Source of the DNA: Deltaproteobacteria bacterium
GTDB taxonomy: Bacteria > Myxococcota_A > Polyangia > Fen-1088
DNA: 64,000 nucleotides
Reading direction: 5' to 3'
NCBI GenBank assembly: GCA_033763315.1
Contig: JANRKS010000019.1
Coordinates: forward strand, 459,311 to 523,310
The notes under the pieces were generated by a model. The model ran no database searches. It saw only the letters and a program-made list of their open reading frames with translations, and had not been told where the DNA came from. Of this stretch, positions 1 through 9,101 are shown one piece after another. Positions within the stretch are counted from its first letter, which is position 1. Every line of letters begins with the position of its first letter. A program made the position numbers and the translations under genes.

Positions 1-1111
1 GATCCGAAGGGCACTGATCGAGCGCGTCCAAGATGCCGTCTTTGTCATTGTCAGGATCGGGGCAGCCATCCAGGTCCTCGAAGCCGTCTTTGTCTTCCGG
101 GTCGTCGGGGCACGCGTCTTTGGTGTCAACCAACCCGTCGCGATCGGCGTCGGGCGGATCGTTGGTCCAGGCAAGCGTGGCAAGCACTCGCCACGCGGGT
201 GAGCCAACGCCAGAAACCACACCCAACCCGGCCGCGGCGCCAACGTTGAATTGACCCATCTGGTACCGGCCGCCAACAAGTGCCTCAAGCGGGGTCAGGC
301 GGCGCTTCAGAACGCCATCCGTGGCAGGCGTTGAACCAAGCAATTCAACAATGCCGTGAAACGCACGCCCGAAACGCTTGTCGGCTCCTGCGCCGAACGT
401 CACCTCGTTGCGAACGGGCGTGCCAAGCAGGCTGGTGCTTTCGCGAAGCCTCATCCCAAGGCGTGCGCCCCACTGCAAGCTGCGGCGTTTGTGCGCCAGC
501 ACCAGACGTGGCTCCACCGTTAACCCCGGATTGTTGACGTACGTGCCCGTTTGCCCAAACGGCGATGTGGCGGTCAGTCCCGCGCCAAGGGACCAACCAT
601 CCGCACCTTGTTCCCACAACCGTGCTCGCACCGTGAAGCGCGCGTCGCCCACACCCGTGTCTGGCGTGGGCGCGGCGCCGAGCGGCGCGTCACCCGCCTG
701 CGACAAGGTCACAGGCAAGGCCACCGCCAATTCGAAGCGACCCAACAAGCCGATCGCCATCATCAAGTCGGCGGCTGCGGCCGAGCGAACCGCGTCCTTG
801 GTGGTGCTGGTCCCAGCCGCCAGCGACGTCACGCGCAGTGCAGACGCGGCGTAATTCACGTCCAGGGCCACCGCTAACTTCAAGTGCCCGAGCGGCTTGG
901 TGCCCTCCAACCCAAAGCCGCGATTGGCCGCCGTGACGGGCCGATAGCGTTGCAGTTCGACCACGCCTTGGCTTTGGGCATGAGCAACCGAAGGAACCAG
1001 CAGAGCACCACCCACCGCCGCCAATCCAGCCAGACCAGCGAGCCGGCCAGGCGAAAGACGGTCTTCGCTCTTAGGGATCTTCAATGTGGGCTTCACCGTA
1101 TCAGCTGTCAC
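1..1111 (-). CDS. OmpA-family outer-membrane protein with thrombospondin type-3 repeats (5' part; runs off window start)
   Basis: Not in the ORF track because no stop falls inside the window. Manual minus-strand translation from GTG 1111 gives a signal peptide (..GLAAVGGALLVPSVAHAQ) and, in the same frame at the window edge, TSP3 repeats (DGCPDPDNDKDGILDALDQCPSD). The OmpA domain itself is inferred to lie beyond the edge. Confidence 0.75.
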   Translation of the reverse strand, partial: MTADTVKPTLKIPKSEDRLSPGRLAGLAGLAAVGGALLVPSVAHAQSQGVVELQRYRPVTAANRGFGLEGTKPLGHLKLAVALDVNYAASALRVTSLAAGTSTTKDAVRSAAAADLMMAIGLLGRFELAVALPVTLSQAGDAPLGAAPTPDTGVGDARFTVRARLWEQGADGWSLGAGLTATSPFGQTGTYVNNPGLTVEPRLVLAHKRRSLQWGARLGMRLRESTSLLGTPVRNEVTFGAGADKRFGRAFHGIVELLGSTPATDGVLKRRLTPLEALVGGRYQMGQFNVGAAAGLGVVSGVGSPAWRVLATLAWTNDPPDADRDGLVDTKDACPDDPEDKDGFEDLDGCPDPDNDKDGILDALDQCPSD

Positions 1112-1183
1112 GGAGTGGGGAAATGTTGCGCGTCAAGATCGCGACAACTCAAGCCATCCACTTCGGAACTTCTCACTCTTTCC

Positions 1184-1211
1184 TTGACACCTGCGGTTGG
1201 GTAATTAGTGT
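1184..1211 (+). promoter_or_regulatory. Putative sigma70 promoter for tRNA-Val
   Basis: TTGACA (1184-1189), 16-bp spacer, TAGTGT (1206-1211), about 24 bp upstream of the tRNA. Confidence 0.5.
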
Positions 1212-1234
1212 ACGCAAACTGAATTTAACCAAAC

Positions 1235-1309
<75 letters not shown>

Positions 1310-1472
1310 GTTTGTCTGCCGGAAGCCGTGCATCTCTGCGCGCCCGGCGCAATCTGGAGGCCCGCCTGCAGGCCAATTTGGGTGCTATGTTGGTCCACCC
1401 TTTACCGAATCCCTATATGCTTGACCTCAATATGCCGATGCACGGCATCCCTCTGTCGAAAAAGTAGAGCGC

Positions 1473-2168
1473 ATGAACATTAGAAGGCGACCGTTTCCCG
1501 AGCGAAGGACTGATGATAACCACCGTGTGGGGCGAAGAATCCGCGTACCTGAAGTTCGCGTGATCGGTGCGGATGGCAAGCAAGTAGGCGTTATCCCCAC
1601 GCATGAAGCGCTCTCGATGGCGGATGCCCTGGGCCTTGAGTTGGTTGAGGTCGATCCGCGCGCCAAGCCGCCGGTGTGCCGCATCTTGGACTACGGCAAG
1701 TTCAAGTACGAGACGTCGAAGAAGGAAAAGGCTTCACGCAAACACCAAAGCACCGTGGTGGTCAAAGAGATCAAGCTGCGCCCGAAGACGGACACGCACG
1801 ATTTCGAGTTCAAGCTTAACCACATCAAGCGGTTCTTGGGTGAAGGCAACAAGTGCAAGTTGGTGGTCGTGTTCCGCGGCCGCGAGATCGTTCACCCTGA
1901 AACCGGTGAAGCGATGTTGAGCAACGTTTTGGCTGCGTTGGGTGACTACGCGCAAATCGAACAGCGGCCGTCGTTGGAAGGCAAGCGCATGGTCATGATC
2001 ATCGGACCCAAGGCTGGCGTCATCCGTCCGCGACCGGTGGCACCTGCCCCTGGTCCTGCTGGCGTTGCTGGGCCCGCAGCGGCTGCCCCCGCACCTGCCG
2101 GGGCGCCCGCGTCGTCGGCCGCCGCGCCCTCGGCGCCACCCGCGCCTGGCCCTGGCCGCCCTGCGTAA
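1473..2168 (+). CDS. infC: Translation initiation factor IF-3 with Pro/Ala-rich C-terminal tail
   Basis: IRVPEVRVI, PPVCRILDYGKFKYE, KEIKLRP, FRGRE motifs. Confidence 0.97.
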   Translation: MNIRRRPFPERRTDDNHRVGRRIRVPEVRVIGADGKQVGVIPTHEALSMADALGLELVEVDPRAKPPVCRILDYGKFKYETSKKEKASRKHQSTVVVKEIKLRPKTDTHDFEFKLNHIKRFLGEGNKCKLVVVFRGREIVHPETGEAMLSNVLAALGDYAQIEQRPSLEGKRMVMIIGPKAGVIRPRPVAPAPGPAGVAGPAAAAPAPAGAPASSAAAPSAPPAPGPGRPA

Positions 2169-2210
2169 CTAAAAAACCCACCGAACCAGCGATTTTGCAA
2201 CGCAAAAGTG

Positions 2211-2238
2211 TTGCATGCGGTCGCCGGGTCTATATACT
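2211..2238 (+). promoter_or_regulatory. Putative sigma70 promoter for rpmI-rplT
   Basis: TTGCAT, 16 bp, TATACT just upstream of the rpmI ATG. Confidence 0.45.
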
Positions 2239-2249
2239 CCGCCGCTCTC

Positions 2250-2453
2250 ATGGCCAACTACAAGATGAAGACGAACAGCGGCGCCAAAAAGCGCTTCAAG
2301 CTGACTGCAAAGGGAAGGGTCAAGCGCAAACGGGCCAACCTGCGCCACAACCTGACCAGCAAGTCAGCCGAGCAAAAGCGGCGGCTGCGCAAAGGCGGAT
2401 ACATCGCCAAGTCACAAGAGCATCAAATCAAGGCGATGCTCCCCTACGGTTAA
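2250..2453 (+). CDS. rpmI: 50S ribosomal protein L35
   Basis: KMKTNSGAKKRFKLTAKG..RHNLTSKS; lies between infC and rplT. Start moved to ATG 2250. Confidence 0.97.
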   Translation: MANYKMKTNSGAKKRFKLTAKGRVKRKRANLRHNLTSKSAEQKRRLRKGGYIAKSQEHQIKAMLPYG

Positions 2454-2516
2454 TCTGATTGTGTCTCCAGCGTCTCTCGGAGATACGCAGCTACGGAATT
2501 AAAGGAATAGTAGCCA

Positions 2517-2867
2517 ATGCCTCGCGCTAAAGGTGGTTTTAAAACTCGTCGTCGTCGCAACCGCATATTGAAGCACGCCAAGGGCTTCCGCGGTGGACGT
2601 CATCGTTTGTGGAAGACGGCTGTTGAGGCCGTTCATCGCAAGTGGCGTTATGCCCTGTTTCACAGGCGGAAGAAGAAAGGCGACTTCCGCGCCTTGTGGA
2701 TCGTGCGTATCAACGCCGTGGCTCGTGAGCTTGGCACAACGTACTCGCGCTTGATCGCTGGCCTCAAGAAGGCTGGCGTTGAATTGGATCGTAAGATTTT
2801 GGCCGATCTCGCTTTGACCGACCCCAATGCCTTTGCCAAGGTCGTTGAAGTCGCCAAGGCTGCGTAA
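2517..2867 (+). CDS. rplT: 50S ribosomal protein L20
   Basis: [34 protein letters not shown]. Confidence 0.98.
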   Translation: MPRAKGGFKTRRRRNRILKHAKGFRGGRHRLWKTAVEAVHRKWRYALFHRRKKKGDFRALWIVRINAVARELGTTYSRLIAGLKKAGVELDRKILADLALTDPNAFAKVVEVAKAA

Positions 2868-2916
2868 GCCCCCGATTCATTCCCATCGCGACTGGCCCAA
2901 CGCCAGACGCCGAAAG

Positions 2917-2951
2917 AAACGCGGAGCCCAGTCTTGGGTCTCCGCGTTTTT
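2917..2951 (+). terminator. Intrinsic terminator after rplT
   Basis: AAACGCGGAG-CCCA/TGGG-T-CTCCGCGTTT hairpin followed by a T run. Confidence 0.75.
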
Positions 2952-3008
2952 GGTTTTAAAGTCGCAACGCTTCGCTAACGCCGTGAAGGCTTCAGAAAAA
3001 GGTGTGCC

Positions 3009-4082
3009 GTGAGCACAGAGGGCGCCGCCAACGTAGAGCCATTGATTGCAGAGCTGCGGCAGATACCTGCGGCTTTTGCCGCGGAAATCGCAGGTCTCGT
3101 GACGGAACCCGAGATCCGCGCCGTGCAATCAAAGTTCCTGGGCAAGAAGGGACGCCTCGCGGAAGTGATGAAGCTGCTCGGGCGCCTCTCGGCCGAAGAT
3201 CGCCCCAAAGTGGGCGCCGCCGCGAACGACACCCGTTCGGAGATGGAAAAGGCTATCGAGGAACGTTTGGCCGCCGTTGAGGACGCAGCGTTGGCAGGAG
3301 ACTTGGCTCGCTCGGTGGATGTGACTTTGCCGCCACGAGGGCAGGGGATCGGCACTTTGCATCCGCTCACCTTGGTGCGCCTTGAGATTGAACAAGTGTT
3401 CGCACGCATGGGCTTCGAGGTGCGTACAGGGCCGTGGGTCGAGTCGGAGTGGAATAACTTCGACGCTCTCAACACCCCTGCGGATCACCCCGCGCGCGAC
3501 ATGCAGGATACTTTCTTCGTCGAAGGCGGGTTGGTGCTGCGTTCGCACACGTCCCCGGTGCAGATCCGCACCATGCTGGCAGGGCCGCCACCCGTGCGCA
3601 TCATCGCGCCCGGCAACGTCTTTCGGCGCGACGACGACGCCACCCACACGCCGATGTTCCCTCAGGTCGAAGGGCTGGAAGTGGGTCCCAACGTTAGTTT
3701 CGCGGATCTCAAAGGCACCTTGCTTGATTTCGTTGGCCGCTTCTTTGGTCCAGGCACGCGCATTCGCTTGCGCCCCAGCTTCTTTCCCTTCACAGAGCCT
3801 TCGGCCGAGCTGGATGCCAGTTGCTTTAAGTGCGATGGCAAAGATGGCTCGTGCCGGCTGTGTAAAGGCACGGGCTGGGTTGAGATCGGCGGCTGCGGGA
3901 TGGTGCATCCGAACGTGTTCAAGCACGTGGGATACGACCCGCAGCAGGTCACGGGCTACGCGTTCGGCATGGGGCTCTCCCGCATGGCGATGCTGAAATA
4001 TGAAATTTCGGATCTGCGCTTGTTCTACGACAACGACGTGCGGTTCCTTCAACAATTTTCTCAATCGTTATCGCAAGCTTAG
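3009..4082 (+). CDS. pheS: Phenylalanine--tRNA ligase alpha subunit
   Basis: HPARDMQDTF, LRSHTSPVQ, FPFTEPS, GYAFGMGLSR. Confidence 0.98.
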   Translation: MSTEGAANVEPLIAELRQIPAAFAAEIAGLVTEPEIRAVQSKFLGKKGRLAEVMKLLGRLSAEDRPKVGAAANDTRSEMEKAIEERLAAVEDAALAGDLARSVDVTLPPRGQGIGTLHPLTLVRLEIEQVFARMGFEVRTGPWVESEWNNFDALNTPADHPARDMQDTFFVEGGLVLRSHTSPVQIRTMLAGPPPVRIIAPGNVFRRDDDATHTPMFPQVEGLEVGPNVSFADLKGTLLDFVGRFFGPGTRIRLRPSFFPFTEPSAELDASCFKCDGKDGSCRLCKGTGWVEIGGCGMVHPNVFKHVGYDPQQVTGYAFGMGLSRMAMLKYEISDLRLFYDNDVRFLQQFSQSLSQA

Positions 4083-4091
4083 AGGCCCATC

Positions 4092-6509
4092 GTGAGAATT
4101 TCCTTTAACTGGCTGCGCGATTTTTTGCCCACGCTTCCCCGCGACCCTGTGCAGGTCGCGGCCGATCTGACGCGCCTCGGGTTTGAGGTTGAGGGCACCA
4201 CGCATCTGGGCCGTGGGTTGTCGGGCTTGTTGGTGGCCGAAGTGCTTGCCTATAGGCCTCACCCGCAGGCCAGCAAACTTCGCATCGTTACGGTGAAGGC
4301 CGGCGCGCGCACGGACGAAGTTGTGTGTGGCGCGGCCAATGTTCCCGAGCCAGGTGGCAAAGTTTGCTGGGCGCCCCCAGGGGCCACGTTGCCTGGGTTC
4401 ACGATGGCGGCGAAGGAGATTCGCGGCGTGATGTCGCCTGGCATGTTGTGCAGCGAGGAAGAGCTGGGTCTCGCGCCAAGCGCCGACGGGATCTTGATCT
4501 TGGACGCCGATGCGCCCTCCGGTGCTGATCCGGTTTCTACGTTTGGCTTGGCCGATACAGTTTTCGAGGTGAACGTCACGCCCAACCGGGGCGACGCGCT
4601 TTCGCATCTCGGTCTAGCGCGCGAACTTGCCGCGGCCTACAGCGCGGAATTGGTCATGCCTGCGACCCCCGCGTTGAAGGTGGGCGCAGGCGCCCAAGCC
4701 TTGGACGTAGTGATCCAAGACAACAAGGCCTGCCGGCGCTACCAGGCCCGTTTCTTTGCAAACGTCGTTGTTGGTCCCAGCCCACTCGCCATGCGGATGC
4801 GTTTGTTGGCCTGCGGTGTGCGTTCGATATCGAACCTTGTCGACATCACAAACTACGTGCTTCTGGAGCTGGGGCACCCACTGCATGCCTTCGACCTGGA
4901 TAAGGTCAAAGGTGCCGTTTACGTGCGGCGCGCCCATCCCGGCGAGCGATTGGTTACGCTCGATGGCGTTGAGCGCGTGCTCGAAGCTGGCGACACGGTC
5001 ATTGCTGACGAGCAAAGCCCCATTGCCTTGGCCGGCGTCATGGGAGGCCAATCGACAGAAATCGGGCCCAACACGAAGAACGTGTTGCTTGAGACGGCCA
5101 CATTCGATCCCGTGAGCGTGCGCAAGACAGCCAAGCGCTTGTCGCTGCATAGCGAAGCTTCGCACCGCTTTGAGCGTGGCGTGGATTCTGAGGGCATTGC
5201 ACGCGCAGCCGCAAGGGCCGCTGAATTGATTTGCGGTTTGGCGCAAGCGCAACAGGCGGATCAAGTTGTGGATCGCTATCCTTCGCCGCCCACGCGCCGA
5301 CAGGCCTCATTAACGTTGGCCACGCTTCGCAAGCTTTCGGGCGACACAAACCGAAACCTCGAAGGCGCCAAGCGAACCTTGTCGCGGCTGTGCGACGAAG
5401 TGCGTATCACGGGCCACGGCGACAGCGCGCGTTTGGATCTGGGGATTCCGTCGTACCGGCCCGACCTCAGCATGGAAGCCGATCTGGTGGAAGAGGTGCT
5501 GCGGCACGAAGGCTACGAAAGCGTCGTTCCCCGCCGTATGATTTTCAACGCCAAGGCCGCGCCGAACCCCGAAGCGCCGAGCGATCTGGCGCGCGCACGT
5601 TTCGTCTCCGCGGGGCTCAACGAAGTTGTGACCTGGGGCTTCGTGCCGTCGGGGTGGCTCTCGGCCTTGGCTCCTGCCGCGCCCGAAGCGCATCAACGCT
5701 TGGTCCGCGGGTTGGCCGTGTCCAATCCTATATCCGCCGACTACGAAGTCATGCGCACCTCTTTGTTGCCCGGATTGGTGGAGACGGCGAAGCGCAACCT
5801 TTCGCGTGGCGTTCAAAGCCTTGCGTTGTTCGAGGTGGGGCCTGTGGTTGAGCGCGCGGAACAGGCCGGCCATGTGACGGCTGCACAGCAAAACCACGCC
5901 TCAGCGCTGTTGTGCGGTTTGCAACCCGGGTGGCTGCGGCCCGGCGCAGCCGTCGATTTCTTTGACCTCAAACGCGTCGCCGCCGCGGTGCTTGCGGGCT
6001 TCGCCTTGCAGGACGCGCGCTACGTCCCTGTCAGTGACGTGCCGTTCTTGCATCCTGGCGTGGGGGCCTCGATCGAAGTGCAGGGGCAGCGGGTGGGCTT
6101 GTTGGGTGAACTGCACCCTCGCACGCGCAAAGCCCTGCGGCTGACCGAGACGGCCTTTTACCTCGAGCTTTACCTCGACCAATTTCCGGCCGCTGCAGCC
6201 GCGATCCACCCGATCCTGCCTCCGCGGTATCCAGCCACGACGCGTGACATCTCGTTCTGGGTGGATGAAAGCGTCACCGCCCAAGCACAACAGGATGCGT
6301 TGTGGTCCACGCCGTCGCCGCTGCTTCGCGCGGTATCCGTGCTTGAGGATTTCCGCGATCCGAAATATGTGCCCGCCAAAAAGAAGGGCATGCTGTGGAC
6401 GCTCACGTACCGCGCGGACGACCGCACACTCACGGATGCCGAAGTGGATGCCGCGCACGCTGGCGTGCTGGCCGCCTTACAAGCGGCTTTCCCACTGCAA
6501 CTGCGGTGA
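4092..6509 (+). CDS. pheT: Phenylalanine--tRNA ligase beta subunit
   Basis: MRISFNWL, VCGAANV, GMLCSEEELG, TPNRGDALS, SHRFERGVD, C-terminal RDIS..RTLTD. Confidence 0.98.
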   Translation: MRISFNWLRDFLPTLPRDPVQVAADLTRLGFEVEGTTHLGRGLSGLLVAEVLAYRPHPQASKLRIVTVKAGARTDEVVCGAANVPEPGGKVCWAPPGATLPGFTMAAKEIRGVMSPGMLCSEEELGLAPSADGILILDADAPSGADPVSTFGLADTVFEVNVTPNRGDALSHLGLARELAAAYSAELVMPATPALKVGAGAQALDVVIQDNKACRRYQARFFANVVVGPSPLAMRMRLLACGVRSISNLVDITNYVLLELGHPLHAFDLDKVKGAVYVRRAHPGERLVTLDGVERVLEAGDTVIADEQSPIALAGVMGGQSTEIGPNTKNVLLETATFDPVSVRKTAKRLSLHSEASHRFERGVDSEGIARAAARAAELICGLAQAQQADQVVDRYPSPPTRRQASLTLATLRKLSGDTNRNLEGAKRTLSRLCDEVRITGHGDSARLDLGIPSYRPDLSMEADLVEEVLRHEGYESVVPRRMIFNAKAAPNPEAPSDLARARFVSAGLNEVVTWGFVPSGWLSALAPAAPEAHQRLVRGLAVSNPISADYEVMRTSLLPGLVETAKRNLSRGVQSLALFEVGPVVERAEQAGHVTAAQQNHASALLCGLQPGWLRPGAAVDFFDLKRVAAAVLAGFALQDARYVPVSDVPFLHPGVGASIEVQGQRVGLLGELHPRTRKALRLTETAFYLELYLDQFPAAAAAIHPILPPRYPATTRDISFWVDESVTAQAQQDALWSTPSPLLRAVSVLEDFRDPKYVPAKKKGMLWTLTYRADDRTLTDAEVDAAHAGVLAALQAAFPLQLR

Positions 6510-6595
6510 CGCCGTGCACGCGATGGCGTGCTGTGGCAGCCAAGTGGGCGCAAGGCTTTGACATCAGGGGGGAACTGGGGCTTAATTGTCCCGCC

Positions 6596-6874
6596 ATGAC
6601 GAAAGCCGACATCGTCGAAATCGTGTACGAGAAGGTTGGGGGATTTTCGAAGAAAGAAGCGGCCGACATCGTCGAGACGGTCTTCGATACGATCAAAGAC
6701 ACCTTGGAAAAGGGTGAGAAGATCAAGATCTCCGGTTTTGGCAACTTCGTGGTGCGCGACAAGAACTCGCGTGCAGGCCGCAACCCCCAGACCGGCGAAG
6801 AGATAACGATCAGCGCGCGCCGCGTGTTGACGTTTAAGCCAAGCCAAGTTCTCAAGAACGCATTGAACGACTAA
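6596..6874 (+). CDS. ihfA: Integration host factor subunit alpha
   Basis: MTKADIVE..KISGFGNF..GRNPQTGEEITISARRVLTFKPSQ; follows pheT. Start reassigned to ATG 6596. Confidence 0.95.
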   Translation: MTKADIVEIVYEKVGGFSKKEAADIVETVFDTIKDTLEKGEKIKISGFGNFVVRDKNSRAGRNPQTGEEITISARRVLTFKPSQVLKNALND

Positions 6875-6927
6875 TCCCGCAGCCCCAGCGGGTGGCTTGG
6901 GTCTCATTGTTTTGAGCGCTGACGTTC

Positions 6928-7308
6928 ATGCCACGCCCGAAAAAACGCACCGTTCTTTCGCCTGAGATTCCCGACAGACCCTTCTTCAAGATCGGCGACG
7001 TCGCGAAGCTGTGTGCCGTAAAGCCGTATGTGCTTCGGTACTGGGAAACAGAGTTCAAATCTCTGCGGCCGCAAAAGACCACGTCCGGGCAACGCCTCTA
7101 CACACGAGAGCACGTGGACCTCGTGCTGCGCATCCGCGATTTGCTGCACAACCAACGTTTTACGATCGAAGGCGCACGCGCCTCGCTGCGCGATCAGGGG
7201 CTGAAAGAAGAGACAACAGCCAAGGTTCCCGACCCAGCGTTGGACCGCGAGACTTTGAAAAAATTAAAGCAGGGGATCATTGACCTTTTGGCGTTGGTAG
7301 AGCAATAG
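6928..7308 (+). CDS. MerR-family transcriptional regulator
   Basis: FKIGDVAKLCAVKPYVLRYWETEF..QRLY; conserved position after ihfA. Confidence 0.93.
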   Translation: MPRPKKRTVLSPEIPDRPFFKIGDVAKLCAVKPYVLRYWETEFKSLRPQKTTSGQRLYTREHVDLVLRIRDLLHNQRFTIEGARASLRDQGLKEETTAKVPDPALDRETLKKLKQGIIDLLALVEQ

Positions 7309-7355
7309 TACACGGCCTCGCAGGACGGTGGTCTGCCACCTAAAGTGAGGAAGTT

Positions 7356-7431
<76 letters not shown>

Positions 7432-7486
7432 CCAAAAACCCTACCTAAGCTTTCAAGGCCAACTCTTAACCGTTGGAGATCTGCGA

Positions 7487-8284
7487 TTGCAACAGCGACC
7501 GCTTATCCTGCTCAGCAATGACGATGGGATAGGAGCGCCGGGGCTCGCAGCCTTGATAGCGGCGGTAGAGGATCTGGGTGACGTCATCGTTGCCGCTCCC
7601 GATCGCGAGCGCAGCGCCGCCAGCCATTCGATCACGCTCAACAGCCCTTTGCGTGTTGATGAGATTGCGCCTCAGCGTTACGCGATTGATGGCACGCCCG
7701 TGGATTGCATCTACATCGCGGCCCTGCACTTGGCGCCGCGCAAACCGGCGCTTTGCATCTCGGGCATCAACGACGGCTTCAATCTCGGCTCAGACGTGTT
7801 CTATTCGGGCACTGTGGCCGCGGCCGTGGAAGCCACCTTGCGAGGCATTCCTTCAATCGCCGTTTCAGGGGAGCGGCAGCGGCCGCATGATTTTGCCGCG
7901 GGCGCGGCGTTTGTGCGTGAGCTGGCGGCCGAGACGCTGGCCCGCGGGCAAAAGCAATCGCCGTTTCCCGAGGGCGCGTTGTTGAATGTGAACATTCCTG
8001 CGGGCGCGCTGTCAGGTTACCAAGTGACCTTTCTCGGCCGGCGTGTGTACCGCGATCAGGTGGACGTTCGCGCCGATCTGCGCGGCCGTTCGTATTATTG
8101 GATCGGCGGCCCGGAAGAAAAGGCCACGGATCTGCCGGGGAGCGATTGCAGCGCCGTGCAAAGTGGCGTGGCTTCGGTGACGCCGTTGGCCTTGGATCTC
8201 ACGCACGGTGCCTTGCTGCGCGATCTGCAGTCTTGGGACGTGGGCACGTTTGTCCGCGCCGCCACCACGCACGAAAAACCTTAA
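7487..8284 (+). CDS. surE: 5'/3'-nucleotidase SurE
   Basis: ILLSNDDGI, DGTPVDC, SGIN.G.N, YSGTVAAA. Confidence 0.96.
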   Translation: MQQRPLILLSNDDGIGAPGLAALIAAVEDLGDVIVAAPDRERSAASHSITLNSPLRVDEIAPQRYAIDGTPVDCIYIAALHLAPRKPALCISGINDGFNLGSDVFYSGTVAAAVEATLRGIPSIAVSGERQRPHDFAAGAAFVRELAAETLARGQKQSPFPEGALLNVNIPAGALSGYQVTFLGRRVYRDQVDVRADLRGRSYYWIGGPEEKATDLPGSDCSAVQSGVASVTPLALDLTHGALLRDLQSWDVGTFVRAATTHEKP

Positions 8285-8291
8285 GGCAAAC

Positions 8292-9044
8292 ATGTTACGC
8301 GCGTCGCTGCTGTGGGTTTTGGGCTTGGCGTTGGCGACGAGCGGTTGTGGTGGCAGCTGGCCTTACTGGCCATGGTCGCCGTCTGACAAGCCGCTGCACG
8401 CGGAGCCGCCGCCCGGCACGTGGCACGTGGTCAAAGAAGGCGAAACGTTGGCCACGCTGTCAGAGAAGGCCGCCGTGCCGGTGGAAGATCTGCGCGAGAT
8501 CAATGGCCTTGCGAAAGGCCAAGAGCCCAAAGCCGGGCAGCTGCTGTTCTTGTTGGGCCCCGACAAACACGAACAAACCAAAATCGTGGGCGCCACCGAG
8601 GTCCCCCGCCGCGGGCCCGGCAGCGTCACGAACACCGAGCACCGGCCGCAGGCGCGCGAAGATGGGCGCTTGGCTTGGCCCGTGGCGCGGCCGCTGGTGT
8701 CATCAACGTTTGGTGATCGCTGGGGCCGGCATCACGAGGGCATCGATCTGTCAGCGCCGTTGGGCACCGCTGTGTTCGCGGCCGACGATGGCGTGGTGAT
8801 CTACTCAGACAACCTGCTCTCGGGCTACGGCAACATGATCATCATCGAACACCGGGGCGGGCTGCTGACCGCGTACGCGCACAATTCGGTGTTGATGGCT
8901 CAACGAGGCGACAAGGTGCGCCGCGGCCAGCCCATCGCCCGCGTGGGGCAAAGCGGCCGTGCCACGGCGCCTCACCTGCATTTTGAGGTGCGCCTGGGCG
9001 ACGAGCCGCGCGATCCAATGCAGTTTCTGCCGCCGCTAAAGTGA
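8292..9044 (+). CDS. LysM + M23 peptidase lipoprotein (NlpD-like)
   Basis: Lipobox (LATSGC), LysM (HVVKEGETL..LREINGL), M23 motifs HEGID and HLHFE. Start set to ATG 8292. Confidence 0.9.
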   Translation: MLRASLLWVLGLALATSGCGGSWPYWPWSPSDKPLHAEPPPGTWHVVKEGETLATLSEKAAVPVEDLREINGLAKGQEPKAGQLLFLLGPDKHEQTKIVGATEVPRRGPGSVTNTEHRPQAREDGRLAWPVARPLVSSTFGDRWGRHHEGIDLSAPLGTAVFAADDGVVIYSDNLLSGYGNMIIIEHRGGLLTAYAHNSVLMAQRGDKVRRGQPIARVGQSGRATAPHLHFEVRLGDEPRDPMQFLPPLK

Positions 9045-9101
9045 AAAAGGGTGTCGCTTTTTCAAGCGGCACCCTCATTCATCAAAGCCTATTCTGCTGT
9101 T

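Noticed and set aside
2461-2487. Hairpin GTGTCTCC..GGAGATAC between rpmI and rplT as an L20 regulatory RNA
   Set aside because: Known L20 leaders lie upstream of infC or rpmI; a single short stem is insufficient evidence.
2868-3008. pheM-like attenuator leader before pheS
   Set aside because: A terminator hairpin is present but I see no Phe-rich leader peptide.
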